Assembly (NCBI RefSeq): GCF_006345805.1
Contig: NW_021833757.1
Coordinates: 1-64,000, forward strand
DNA: 64,000 bases
From: Octopus sinensis
Taxonomy: Eukaryota
Direction: 5' to 3'
Position 1 is the stretch's first letter. Each line of letters begins with the position of its first letter. Position numbers and translations under genes: made by a program. Shown here piece by piece: positions 25,750-36,099 of the stretch. A model generated the notes under the pieces. That model was not told the DNA's origin, did no database searches, and saw only the letters and a list, made by a program, of their open reading frames with translations.

Positions 25750-26740
25750 AATTAACTAAATTTTTCAATTTACTGGTCTTGGGCCTCCCTGAACAGCACC
25801 ATCATCTTTCGTGATCCTCTTGCTATTAATTTGTCCTTCCTCAGAGTATTCGTTTTCTGTCACCTCATCATGTCTCCTCTTCATCGAGTTAGCTCCCCTT
25901 TGGTGAGTGTTCCACACTGCATAATCTTTGTTGAGAATCAATGCTTTAGTCATTACGTCTTCGAAACCATGTTTATATTCTACGAACATTCCTTCCAACG
26001 TCTTCTTTAATGCAGTCGTTTGGATGTATGCCAGAACACTGTCTTTAATGCCAATCAAATCCATGTATATTTTAAAATACTTGGAGGTGATCGCATCCCA
26101 GGTAATGACAATCGGAAGTATTTTGACTTTGGCTTTGTAAATGATTTCTAATTCACTTGCCAGGATATCATATTTATGAAGTTTTTCAACTTCAACTGCT
26201 TTTAAATTATCCACACACGTAACTCCAATCTCTATTAGCCATATGTGGTTTAATTTTTTGTCGTATAGGAAAATGTCCGGCTTGTTATATTGAATTTTTG
26301 ACTCGGTAGGGATAGTAGTGTCAACTCGCAATTCAGCACGATTATTATTATTATTATTATTTAAGCCAAAAACAGAATCACCGTCTTAACCATTAACTAA
26401 CGTGTTCAGGTGATTCCGACACTTCTCAACAGTCTAGCCATCTTTTCACGATGTTCAGACCGTGACCCCACACACTTTCTGTATGTACGGTGAAATGCTT
26501 GTGGTCCATCTCCACGATCCCTCCCACTTGCCTCTACAAGAGACTCCAGTGTTCGATGGACAATTTTCATGTCGGTATGTATGATCATTGGTAATTACGC
26601 TTTGGATAGAGTGAGTCTTTAACCTTTTTGATTTTTTGAATCCAAATTTTCTGCATAGGTGCATGTGTATGCATTTAACAATTTCGTTGTGTCGCCTTGT
26701 ATAATCGGAATTAAGCATTCTATTGCATCGAGTTGCCAAA
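25750..26740 (-). mobile_element. R4/Dong-like 3' fragment with a nested LINE
   Basis: RHNEIVKCIHMHLC...VITND|RAELRVDTT..KPDI..EIG..EKLHKYD, split by the insert at 26343-26582. Confidence 0.88.
26343..26582 (-). mobile_element. Nested 5'-truncated LINE 3' end with (TAA)7 tail
   Basis: HRTYRKCVGSRSEHREKMARLLRSVGIT resembles HRNCAGTREEHRAKLRTLLKEAGIT of 35246. It interrupts the host frame cleanly. Confidence 0.85.
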
Positions 26741-26859
26741 TGGTAATAAAAATACTATAAATAATAAATATGATAATAATAAAATTATTTTGTTATATTT
26801 TTTATTTTTTTTTCATTAAAATAGATTATTTTTAGCGTGTTTTTTATAATTCTTGTTAT

Positions 26860-27040
26860 GAAAAAGAAAACAGCATCTCAGAAGGCTCGATTTTTTGCCA
26901 AAAAATTTCCCGAATTTGTTATTAATCCGGAAGGGAAATTATTTTGTTCTTATTGTTCTACAATCGTAAGATGCGATAAGAAATTTTCTGTTGACGCCCA
27001 TCGTTTATCAAAAAAACACGTTCAAACACAAAGTATATGA
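26860..27040 (+). mobile_element. CGGBP1-like hAT N-terminal fragment
   Basis: KLFCSYCSTIVRCDKKFSVDAHRLSKKH. Confidence 0.7.
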
Positions 27041-27799
27041 AAAATATAACTTTAGATTCTATTCATTCATCCCAAAATGTACAGACATTTATTTCTAGTA
27101 AACATAATTGCCAGCAAAAACCGGTGACAAAAATAATATATTTTGATTGGCCATCGCAATCACCGGATCTTAACCAATAGAGCATGTACACCCTCGACAA
27201 AAAAAATGATTCAAAATTCATATTTAGTTTTCTTTGAAAATCTTATAAATATTCTAATTTCAAAAATTTAGTAGATTAGTTGTAATTATTATTTAATTTA
27301 ATAAAAATTTGTTAATTACATTAATTGGAAAAATTAAAGCATCAGAGTTCTTTATGACCACTGGGATCGTTTAACTAGTTTGTTTAAAGTCTTCATTCTT
27401 TGTGGTCTTAGGGCTAATAAATAAAATCAATCGATTTTTTTGTTGATTAAAATCAAATGATTTAAATCTAACAACCATGCTTGAGGTACTCCATTTGGTG
27501 AAAGCCTTGAGATCGATCATTTTTACAGACCCGTTTGAATTCATGAATGGCTTAATTCAAATAATTAAATGCTAATAATAATAAAAGCATGCGACCACAA
27601 GACCACAAACAGTAATATTAATTAAAAAAAATTAGACTAAATTTTTCCCGTATACTGAGTTACAAAAAGCTATGCAGTTATGATGAAGCTCTATTCCAAA
27701 CGTTCTAAAATATCTATTCGAACGTTTATGTAAATCAGTTGATAGGAAAAATGTTTTATTATATTATCAGCACTGCCGAGAAACACATATAAAAAACAA

Positions 27800-27945
27800 A
27801 AATCATTTAAGGTTCCCTCGTGCCGCACCGACCACACTTTCCACCAATCCTATCCATAGGTCTCTCCCTTTCGCAAGATCTCTTAGTTCATCTAGGTTAC
27901 CAATTGTTTACAACTGCCTGCTTATTGCATATTTGAAGACGTTTT
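27800..27945 (-). mobile_element. RTE-like extreme 3' remnant
   Basis: LDELRDLAKGRDLWIGLV resembles LDQLRILTQNRGSWKSLV at ~59000. Confidence 0.55.
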
Positions 27946-27981
27946 AATTTTGGACTTATTTTTATAATATATTTATAAAAC

Positions 27982-30900
27982 GTTTTATTAAGAAAGAAAC
28001 TAATTAACTAAGTAATTTTACTAACTAAGTCCAGAGCCTTCGAAGTGAGCAGAAGGCGGCACTCCACGCACCTCCTCCCCTTCTTCCTCCTTTCTCTGGC
28101 ACTGTAGACCTTCGAGAAGGTGCAGTCCAGCGCCTCTTGCTGACTAAACGTCAGGAAAGGGCTGGATCGGCGAGCATCAAACGAGACACTCTCCAGAGTC
28201 CTCTTAAGAACAGTTGACTGTATAAAGCCTGTAGAGACTTATCTACATCCAACTGTCTTAAGTACCGCTTGTGGTATTTGGTGACCAGTCCATCGCATGT
28301 CATCACACACGGGATGACATGGACTTTGCACTGGTGCATCAGTCCTAGCTCGTTTGCAAGGAGGTCATACTTCCTCCTTTTCTCCACTTCCACTATCTGC
28401 AAACGGTCTAGGCACGTGATGCCCACCTCCACGATAACAATCTCCCCGGTGACCTTATCGTGGACCACAATGTCGGGTCTGTTGTGCTGGACAACAATCG
28501 AGGTGCGTATGGGGGTATCCACCTTAATGCACACCCGCGAGTTCTCACACACCGATTGAACTCGATGGGTTCGCAACTTTCTGGACCGCCTCAAGCCGTA
28601 CTTATTGCAGAGCAAAAGATGGAGGGACCTCACCACCTCGTTATGCCTCCATGTGTAATCATGGTAAAGCATACTCCCGCACTTCGTGGCTAAATGGTCA
28701 ACGGTCATTGCCTTACTCTTACAGTGGTTACACTGTTTCCGTTGACCATTAAAAAAGTTTCTATCCTGCAAATATGAGAACAACCCTTCTGATCGGGGAG
28801 AGTTATTCCCATATTTCAGCCACGTAGATGACGACGATACGTCAATGTGCGGGTTGTCCAAACTGCTAAAGAGAGTCTTGTGAAGGACTTTTAAGTTGAT
28901 CTTTTTAATTAAAGACTCCTTTTGAAGTTTGATCAACTCCTTCACATTAACTTGGGTAGCACCTAGACCATACTTAGCCGACACATAGCCTTTTATGGTC
29001 CCTAGGTGTGTACCACGCGCTTTTTCAGCAGCAAGGATGGCAGCCTTCCTTTGGGATACACTCGACCCACTCCACAAGGTGTCGTGCATCTTAGTAAGAA
29101 TTCGCTCACTTAAGTGTACGATGTTACTCAGTCCACGTCCTAGCTGCCCGCGAGACAAGTACAATCTCTCCTTATTGCTTGCCAACACGTGGACATGATT
29201 CTCTCGGAGTACTCTTCGGACAATAAGGTCCATTTCATCGTACTCACTCGGCTCGAATTCGATCAGGCCAACGTAGTAGTTTAGCAATGAGATGGCATAC
29301 TCGTTCAAGGCATGAAATAAGTTCCGTGCATTAAGCCGAGTCTTACATAACATTGCCGCCCTACTACGCACACCCTCCACTACACACTTTCTCGTTTCGG
29401 GTGTGATTAATGAGGCTGGACTCTCAACCACACCAAGATACTTATATCCTTGGTGTTCCTCCAAGACTTTGACTAGGTCACCACACACAGGGGTGTTAGT
29501 CGCCGACTTGTTGTAGTTGAGCTCCAACCCCACGGCCTTCATGAAACCTTTCAGGACTTTACCCATTGAGTGAAGGATCTCTGAAGACCGAGCGAACAGC
29601 TTAATGTCGTCTATGAACATGAGATGGTTGGTGCTAAAACACCCTCCTTCATGTTCGATCGACATTTGTTCGAATTGGGCAGTGAGGACTCTACTCAGCG
29701 GTTCTAGGCAGAGGACGAACAGCAGCGGAGACATGCTGTCGCCCTGTAATATGCCCCTCTCTAGTTTCACCTCGCCTATATCGCATTTGTTGTAATTTAG
29801 ATGGACGTTCCACCTGTCCATCACAGTTGCAACAAATTTGATAAACCACATTGGCAACTTAAGCCTTCGCAGACACTCAACGAGGTAGGCATGATCACCG
29901 AGTCATATGCCTTCTTCACATCCACCCACATTGACACTAGTGAGTTTCCGTGGGCTCTCGCGAGGCATTTGTTGATCAGTGCCTGCTCCTTAGCTCCCTG
30001 GCAATCCCGCCGAGTACCTAACTGGTTCTCGGACAGAATCCCATTCACCTCCACGAAATTTCTGACCTCAGTAGCCACCACCTTAGTCATCAACTTGTAC
30101 AGGTTGGGCATACAGGTTATCGGACGATAATCTGTCGGAGCGGAAGGGTTATCTACTTTAGAGATCAAATAAGTGACCCCAGTACATAACCACTCTGGAA
30201 TCGAGCCAGGGTCTAGTGTAAACTGTTCGATTGCTCGACACATGCAATCATGGATAGGTTTGCAATTTTTAATAAAGAAATTATACACTTTATCGACCCC
30301 AGGTGTCTTCCAGTCAGAGAGACGGGTTACTGCTTCATCGAACTTCTTGCGGATGTCAGGGACACCACAAGACTCGGTCATCAAGGGAGCATCGGGTCCA
30401 CAAAACGGAAACGACACACCCTTGCGAGGACGTGCTTTCCACATACTCCCCCATGTGTCAAGCATTTCGGCCTTTTGCTGGGTACCCTCCTTCGTCTCTC
30501 CGTGCAACCGACGAATAGAACGACCTGCGATTAAATTCAAACAGGTTGTTCTCCCGCCTGCGCTGACATCGAGACTCATGAGTTGAGAGCTTCTTCTGAT
30601 AAACGAGAATCAGCTCCTCCCTCTCTGCCCGGACACGCCTCAACTCGTTGAGGTCCCATTTGGCAGCTCGTTCCCGACGAACTAAAGTACGCACCAAGGG
30701 GGGAGTCTTGCCCTTGACCCCATTGCTCACATTCAAAATGTGCCCAGTCAGCGCTTCCACGCTCGGCTTTCCTTGCGGCTACTTTTGCGGCAATGTTTTC
30801 TCTCCATCTACTCTTTGGGGCAGGCCTCTGAGTGATTTCATCATAGGTTGTCTGTGCCGAGTACAAATAAAGAGAAATCTCGTCCATTGTCTCCGGAGGC

Positions 30901-31489
30901 TCACACACGATCGCGTAAGCTATGGCACGATTGATGCAACCCATCACGTCACTTCTGAGTTGCCACCGAGGTATCTTTCGGGTCACTCTGCGGTCCGCAA
31001 GGGGGACAACACGATTCGCAGAGATATGCCTACTAAATATCTCCTTAACCTGCAAGAGTAGCGATAACTCACTACTCTGGTGCTCGTGTTGTTCAGAACA
31101 CGGGGGGCATCCTGACGGCGTAACCGCAGCGGCAGTCCTCCCCCGCGAGCCAGGAGGAGGGGTCTTGGCCAGCTTCTTCAGTGCATCTAACGATAGGTTC
31201 GAGCTAAAGCGTCGATTGAAACACTGAAGCAGGGTAGGCCACCCATTTCTGGGCATCCTGGAAGCTCTTCCCAACACCTGGGAAAGGGCGGATTTAACCC
31301 AGTCCTCCCGGGTCGTGCACTCGATCCCTTCTGCTATGGCAAAGACGATGTTCTTGCCATCGGACGTCTGTCTCTCCGATGCGGTTGTCCATCCTGCTCT
31401 AGGTATATTATTATTAATAATATTGTTAGTTTCTTGTTGTCCAGGTAGAGCACACATCGAGATAGTAGCACGTTGCATAACAGACTATT
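27982..31489 (-). mobile_element. Full-length R4/Dong-like non-LTR retrotransposon (RT + RLE), frameshifted
   Basis: 15-bp TSD atatatttataaaac (27967-27981 and 31490-31504). Motifs YRPITCMPNLYK, DVKKAYDS, GILQGD, FIDD, CNHC..DHLATKC, RPDI, EVG and EK.RKYD, spread over four ORFs. Confidence 0.93.
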
Positions 31490-31581
31490 ATATATTTATA
31501 AAACAAAATTATTCATTTTTTAATGGAAAACCTTCAAATATTTAAGAAATGTAGTAAATTTTTATATTATTGTTTCGATTA

Positions 31582-33931
31582 GTCATTACATGGATTTCTG
31601 TGTCACGAGATAACCCGAATAATTAATGGAGAGTACATGCCTGAAAGTTGGTTTTACACTGGAATAACATATTTGATTCCTAAAAAAGATGATTGTAAGA
31701 CCCCGAAGGACTTACGTCCTATAACGTGTATGCCGACATTGTATAAACTTGTCACCAAATGTGTTAATGTTAAACTGGCTGATTTTGTCGAGGCATTTGG
31801 CCTAATTTCAGACAACCAACTTGGAACGAGGAAGTATTGTCAAGGCGCCAAGGAGCAAGCTCTCATTAACCAATGTTTGAACAAGGAGTACGGGAATGGC
31901 CTTTATTCTGCTTGGGTCGATGTGAAGAAAGCATATGACTCAGTTGATCATGATTTTTTGTTTCACGTTTTGGATTGTTCTGGAATCCCGCTTTGGATCG
32001 TAAACTTTGTGAAGAGCGTAGTTAAGAAGTGGGCAGTAAAGCTGCATATGGAAGGTAGAAGAATTGGATCAGTGAAGTTAAACCGAGGAATTTTACAGGG
32101 AGACTCATTGTCTCCTTTACTATTTGTTATGGTGTTAGATCCTCTAAGCAGGATCCTTAATTCCGTGTTTCCAAAACTTGAAATTAACCAGGAAGATCGC
32201 AATATGTTAACATATTCTACTAATCATTTGCTATTTATTGACGATCTAAAAATATTTGCTCTCAAACAAGACACTTTACTCAAAATGATGGAAGCTGTTA
32301 ACGGATTTTTTAAAATTGTTGGTTCAGAAAAATCAGCGTCTAATTTGGAATCATTATCATGTTGTAAGACTATTGACGGAATCAATAGATATCGGTATTT
32401 GGGTGTACTTGAAGATGGTGGAAGCAATGTTCTTAAGAATAGAGTTATGGACTCTATCTTTGAGAATGTTAAGAAGAGGATAACTATGCTATCGAAAACA
32501 AAACTCAACTCTGTGAATCTGTTTCGTGCTATAAATGAATATGCATTGTCACTATATAATTATTATATTGGGCTAATCAATATTGAACCTTCTGAATTTG
32601 ATGATATTGACAGACAAATACGGCAATTGCTTACGTCGCTCAGATTACATCTCAAACCTGCAAATAAAGAGAGACTGTATTTAAACCGGAAGGCTCTTGG
32701 AAGAGGGCTTTCATCAGTTGCTTTCAAAAGTGAACTAATGCTCTTTCAGTTCCTTACGAGTCTGGAAAATATGTCAACTATATGCTTACGGAGGGCGGGG
32801 ATTCTGCGTGTAATTAAAATGAATAAATGGCATTTGGCTATGATCGCAGGATTTCTATCCTCCAAATATGCAATTATTGATAAGAAGAGTATTACTATGG
32901 AGTCTCTAAAGTCCAGTCAGATACAATATTTACAAAAGAAAATTAGTTCTAAAGCACTACATTCTGTGCTTTTCAAATGTGTGGATGAACCTAATGTTGA
33001 TTTACCTGCATCCTCAGAATGGCTATCTAATGGAAATAATGGGCCACGAAGCGAAGCATTGTATTGTCTTTTGCAAGATCGAAACTTGTTCTTTGCATCC
33101 GCTGACTCATTATGCAATCATTGTAAGAAAAGCAAGAAAACTGTTGACCACATGGCTACTCAGTGTGGTAAAATGCTCAACAGTGATTATCTCCGGAGAC
33201 ACAACGAAGTTGTGAAGTGTATTCACCTTAACTTGTGCCGAATGTATGGACTCAAAAAAGCAAGACGATTGAAGGGACATTCTGTTCAGTCAACACTGTC
33301 GACGGGAAAAGTTGAAATCAGGGTTGATTGTACAATTCTCACCGAAACAAAAGTAGAATATAACAAGCCAGATATCTTTGTCCACGACAAAGTCAGAAAC
33401 GAAATAAATCTGATTGAAGTGGGTATTACCTCACAGGATCGCCTCAAGCAAGTGGAGGTTGAAAAGTGTCACAAGTATGACCTATTGGCAAGTGAGCTTT
33501 CGCTTCTGTATAGCTGTCAAGTAAAAATAATTCCTGTGGTTATGACATGGGATGGAGTTGTCTCGAAATGCTTCAAAAATTATATGAAGAAACTATCTAT
33601 TGAAGCAGGAACGAGGACATACATCCAATCCGTTGTACTGAAAAGAACGCTCGAGAGTATGATGATCGAACACAAGCACGGAATGAAGGTATCTGGTGAA
33701 GAATACGCTTCTGCTTCCAACCGGTATGTGGAGATGGCATGCAAAAATGAAGACGACCCAATGAATGCTAAAGAAGATGCAATGGTTGAATCAGATGTGG
33801 TAGTGGGGAGTAAGAGGCAGCTGGAAGTAGACTCTTCTTCCAAGAGAAGGAGAGTGGATATCAGCGAGCTGGAGTGAGATCTGCTTAGTTTCTGATTAAC
33901 TATTAATTTATTATTGGTTTATGAAATCGGA
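31582..33931 (+). mobile_element. 5'-truncated R4/Dong-like retrotransposon
   Basis: 13-bp TSD attgtttcgatta (31569-31581 and 33932-33944). Confidence 0.93.
31637..33877 (+). CDS. RT-zinc knuckle-RLE ORF (open from 31583, N-terminus missing)
   Basis: LRPITCMPTLYK, GILQGDSLSP, FIDD, CNHC, KPDI, EVG and KYD in one uninterrupted 746-aa frame. Confidence 0.92.
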   Translation: MPESWFYTGITYLIPKKDDCKTPKDLRPITCMPTLYKLVTKCVNVKLADFVEAFGLISDNQLGTRKYCQGAKEQALINQCLNKEYGNGLYSAWVDVKKAYDSVDHDFLFHVLDCSGIPLWIVNFVKSVVKKWAVKLHMEGRRIGSVKLNRGILQGDSLSPLLFVMVLDPLSRILNSVFPKLEINQEDRNMLTYSTNHLLFIDDLKIFALKQDTLLKMMEAVNGFFKIVGSEKSASNLESLSCCKTIDGINRYRYLGVLEDGGSNVLKNRVMDSIFENVKKRITMLSKTKLNSVNLFRAINEYALSLYNYYIGLINIEPSEFDDIDRQIRQLLTSLRLHLKPANKERLYLNRKALGRGLSSVAFKSELMLFQFLTSLENMSTICLRRAGILRVIKMNKWHLAMIAGFLSSKYAIIDKKSITMESLKSSQIQYLQKKISSKALHSVLFKCVDEPNVDLPASSEWLSNGNNGPRSEALYCLLQDRNLFFASADSLCNHCKKSKKTVDHMATQCGKMLNSDYLRRHNEVVKCIHLNLCRMYGLKKARRLKGHSVQSTLSTGKVEIRVDCTILTETKVEYNKPDIFVHDKVRNEINLIEVGITSQDRLKQVEVEKCHKYDLLASELSLLYSCQVKIIPVVMTWDGVVSKCFKNYMKKLSIEAGTRTYIQSVVLKRTLESMMIEHKHGMKVSGEEYASASNRYVEMACKNEDDPMNAKEDAMVESDVVVGSKRQLEVDSSSKRRRVDISELE

Positions 33932-33991
33932 ATTGTTTCGATTATATTGTTAGCATTCTCATTTCATTTCGGAATTAATCTTATTGCATAA

Positions 33992-34186
33992 ATGGAGCCG
34001 TACGCTGCACAAATAATAGAAATCACTGACGACAACACATTCAAACTAAATGAACCTTTGCTACAAAAAATTCTTATGGCAAAAAATGTCATTGACAAAA
34101 AAGTCATGGTTCTTTCAGTTGTCGGCGCTTACAGACAAGGAAAATCGTTTCTCCTTAATTTTTTCCTCAAATATCTCTCCGCAAAA
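33992..34186 (+). pseudogene. ATL: Atlastin GTPase first-exon fragment
   Basis: FKLNEPLLQKIL...VLSVVGAYRQGKSFLLNFFLKYL (atlastin P-loop). A GT donor follows (possible 28-nt intron 34187-34214); the rest of the gene is absent. Confidence 0.85.
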
Positions 34187-34305
34187 GTACTCTCAGCTTA
34201 AGATGAGACCATAGGACAAAAAATTGGTTCCATAAATGTCGTGTATTTGCAAACGTGCCGTCATTATTACCAATTACGGATGTTTGATGAAGAGATTATT
34301 CAAAC

Positions 34306-34371
34306 CATACAACTGTAATGGCCATCAGATATGCTGAAGGTATTGTCGTAGCTGTTGACAGCCGAATAACT
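34306..34371 (+). pseudogene. Proteasome beta-subunit N-terminal fragment
   Basis: TTVMAIRYAEGIVVAVDSRIT matches the catalytic-subunit TT...G.V...DSR motif. Confidence 0.65.
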
Positions 34372-34789
34372 CTGCCGGCCTTTAATTTATTTAACCTCAT
34401 TCCCCATGAAATCAAGAGGAATTCTGCACGAAGAAAACCGACAGTCCTCCTATGGTCACACCATCAGTTAAAGAGTGAGTTAATCTCATATTATCTTCTT
34501 ATAGTGGTGAGATTTTTGCGATCCAGGACGATGTGTGTGTCGTCGTCATGGGTGATTTGTATTCGATTGAAGCACACTAGCGGTGCATTTCTTGTGGTGT
34601 CCATTTCTTTTTGAAACTTAACCAAATATAAGAGCTATTCATCTGGTCAACGTGGCCGCTCTAATGGAGTCACCAGATCTGTATTTACATAAAAATCGCC
34701 CCACAATAGTCCCCCGGGGCAACACTCCTACGGCTACAAAGCCGGCAGATCCAAAACAATCACACCATTTCCAATCCAAAGAGTTGGAA

Positions 34790-34930
34790 TAAGATAAATA
34801 TTCTCCAATTGAACATCAACGGAATCCAAAACAAATTCATAGAGCTCAAACACTTTATTATCTCAAGCAACACCGATATTGTCTTAATACAAAAAAGCAA
34901 ATTAAATGAAAAACACAAAATGCCGGCCTT
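34790..34930 (+). mobile_element. AP-endonuclease N-terminus of a LINE ORF2
   Basis: ILQLNINGIQNK..EL...DIVLIQK.KL. Confidence 0.75.
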
Positions 34931-35195
34931 TAAACTAGCCAGTCCTTATAAAAAAACCTTGATAATAATTATATTAATAACTATTTGTGAACAAAAATAG
35001 ATTAGAAAAAATATTTTATTTTTTCTAATGATTATACTTTTACCATTACTACTTATTAGTCAGGGATTTTTATTTAAACATATAATGAATGAGTTGGATC
35101 ATAGAACTAAACTAAAGAGGATGAATGCTAACAAAAAATATGCTCGATTAAATGATCTAATACCATCCGGAATGAAACGGCTATTTGACGAGACA

Positions 35196-36095
35196 ATTAT
35201 TATTATTAGAACCAAGATCACCGTCCAAAACATAAAACTAATTAATCAGGTGATCCCGGCTTCTTTGAGGAGGGTCCTCAACTTTGCCCGGTGCTCCTCC
35301 CTTGTCCCGGCACAATTTCTGTGAGGGCGCGGTGGTGGTGTTTTAGGCCCTGTAGCCCCGAGGTTTCTTCTCAAGATTTCATTAAATGGGGCGATGAGTA
35401 GAGGTTCGTTCGGTCCCTGCAGTGCTTTTCGGAAGCGATCTTGAGTTTTCTCGATTTTAGCGCGGTTCGTTCCATTGATAAACCCTCCCCACGCTTCACA
35501 AGCATAGCTAAGGGAGGGTTCGATGAATTGCCGGTATAAGGCTTGTCGTGCAGGGAAGCTGATACACTGTCTGCATTTACGAAGAAACACTTTCAAGATG
35601 TTCAGTTTCTTCATGCACCTCGTAGTAATATTATCGACTTGTTGAGAGAAACACATATGACTGTCGTAAGTCACCCCGAGGATTTTCTGAGATTTTTGAA
35701 ACGGGATTTCCATGTTATTTAGGTACAGGTTCACCCGTTTTCCCAAGCTTCCTTGCTGAGGTCATAAGCGTGGTGACCGATTTTCCGGACTCGTTGATAG
35801 TCGGTTTAGCGAGAGCCAACTTTCGAGATTGTTAAGGTGGTTCTGCAGTTTTGTGCTCGCCGTGTTCACCTCACGGCTCCGGGTAGCAATTACGATATCG
35901 TCAGCGTATGATAAAATGATTGAGTCTTTGTCGTTTGGTAGCGGTAGATCCGATAAGAATAAGTTGAACAAGGCTGGTGAAAGGGGGGAGCCTTGAGGGA
36001 CCCCGTTTGGAAAGTATCGAGACATCGATCTTGTATTGTTTTGTTGGATTCTGTCTCTTCGGCCGTTGAGGAAGTTAGCTAGCCACATTTTCAGT
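35196..36095 (-). mobile_element. Jockey/CR1-group LINE 3' half with (TAA)n tail
   Basis: GVPQGSPLSP, SYADD, ILGVTYD and YACEAW. One frameshift. Tail at 35196-35208. Confidence 0.88.
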
Positions 36096-36099
36096 CTTG

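Noticed and set aside
28269-31545. Numerous plus-strand ORFs opposite the R4-like element, and similar antisense ORFs over the CRE and IMPDH regions
   Set aside because: Shadow frames of GC-richer coding sequence with no motifs of their own.
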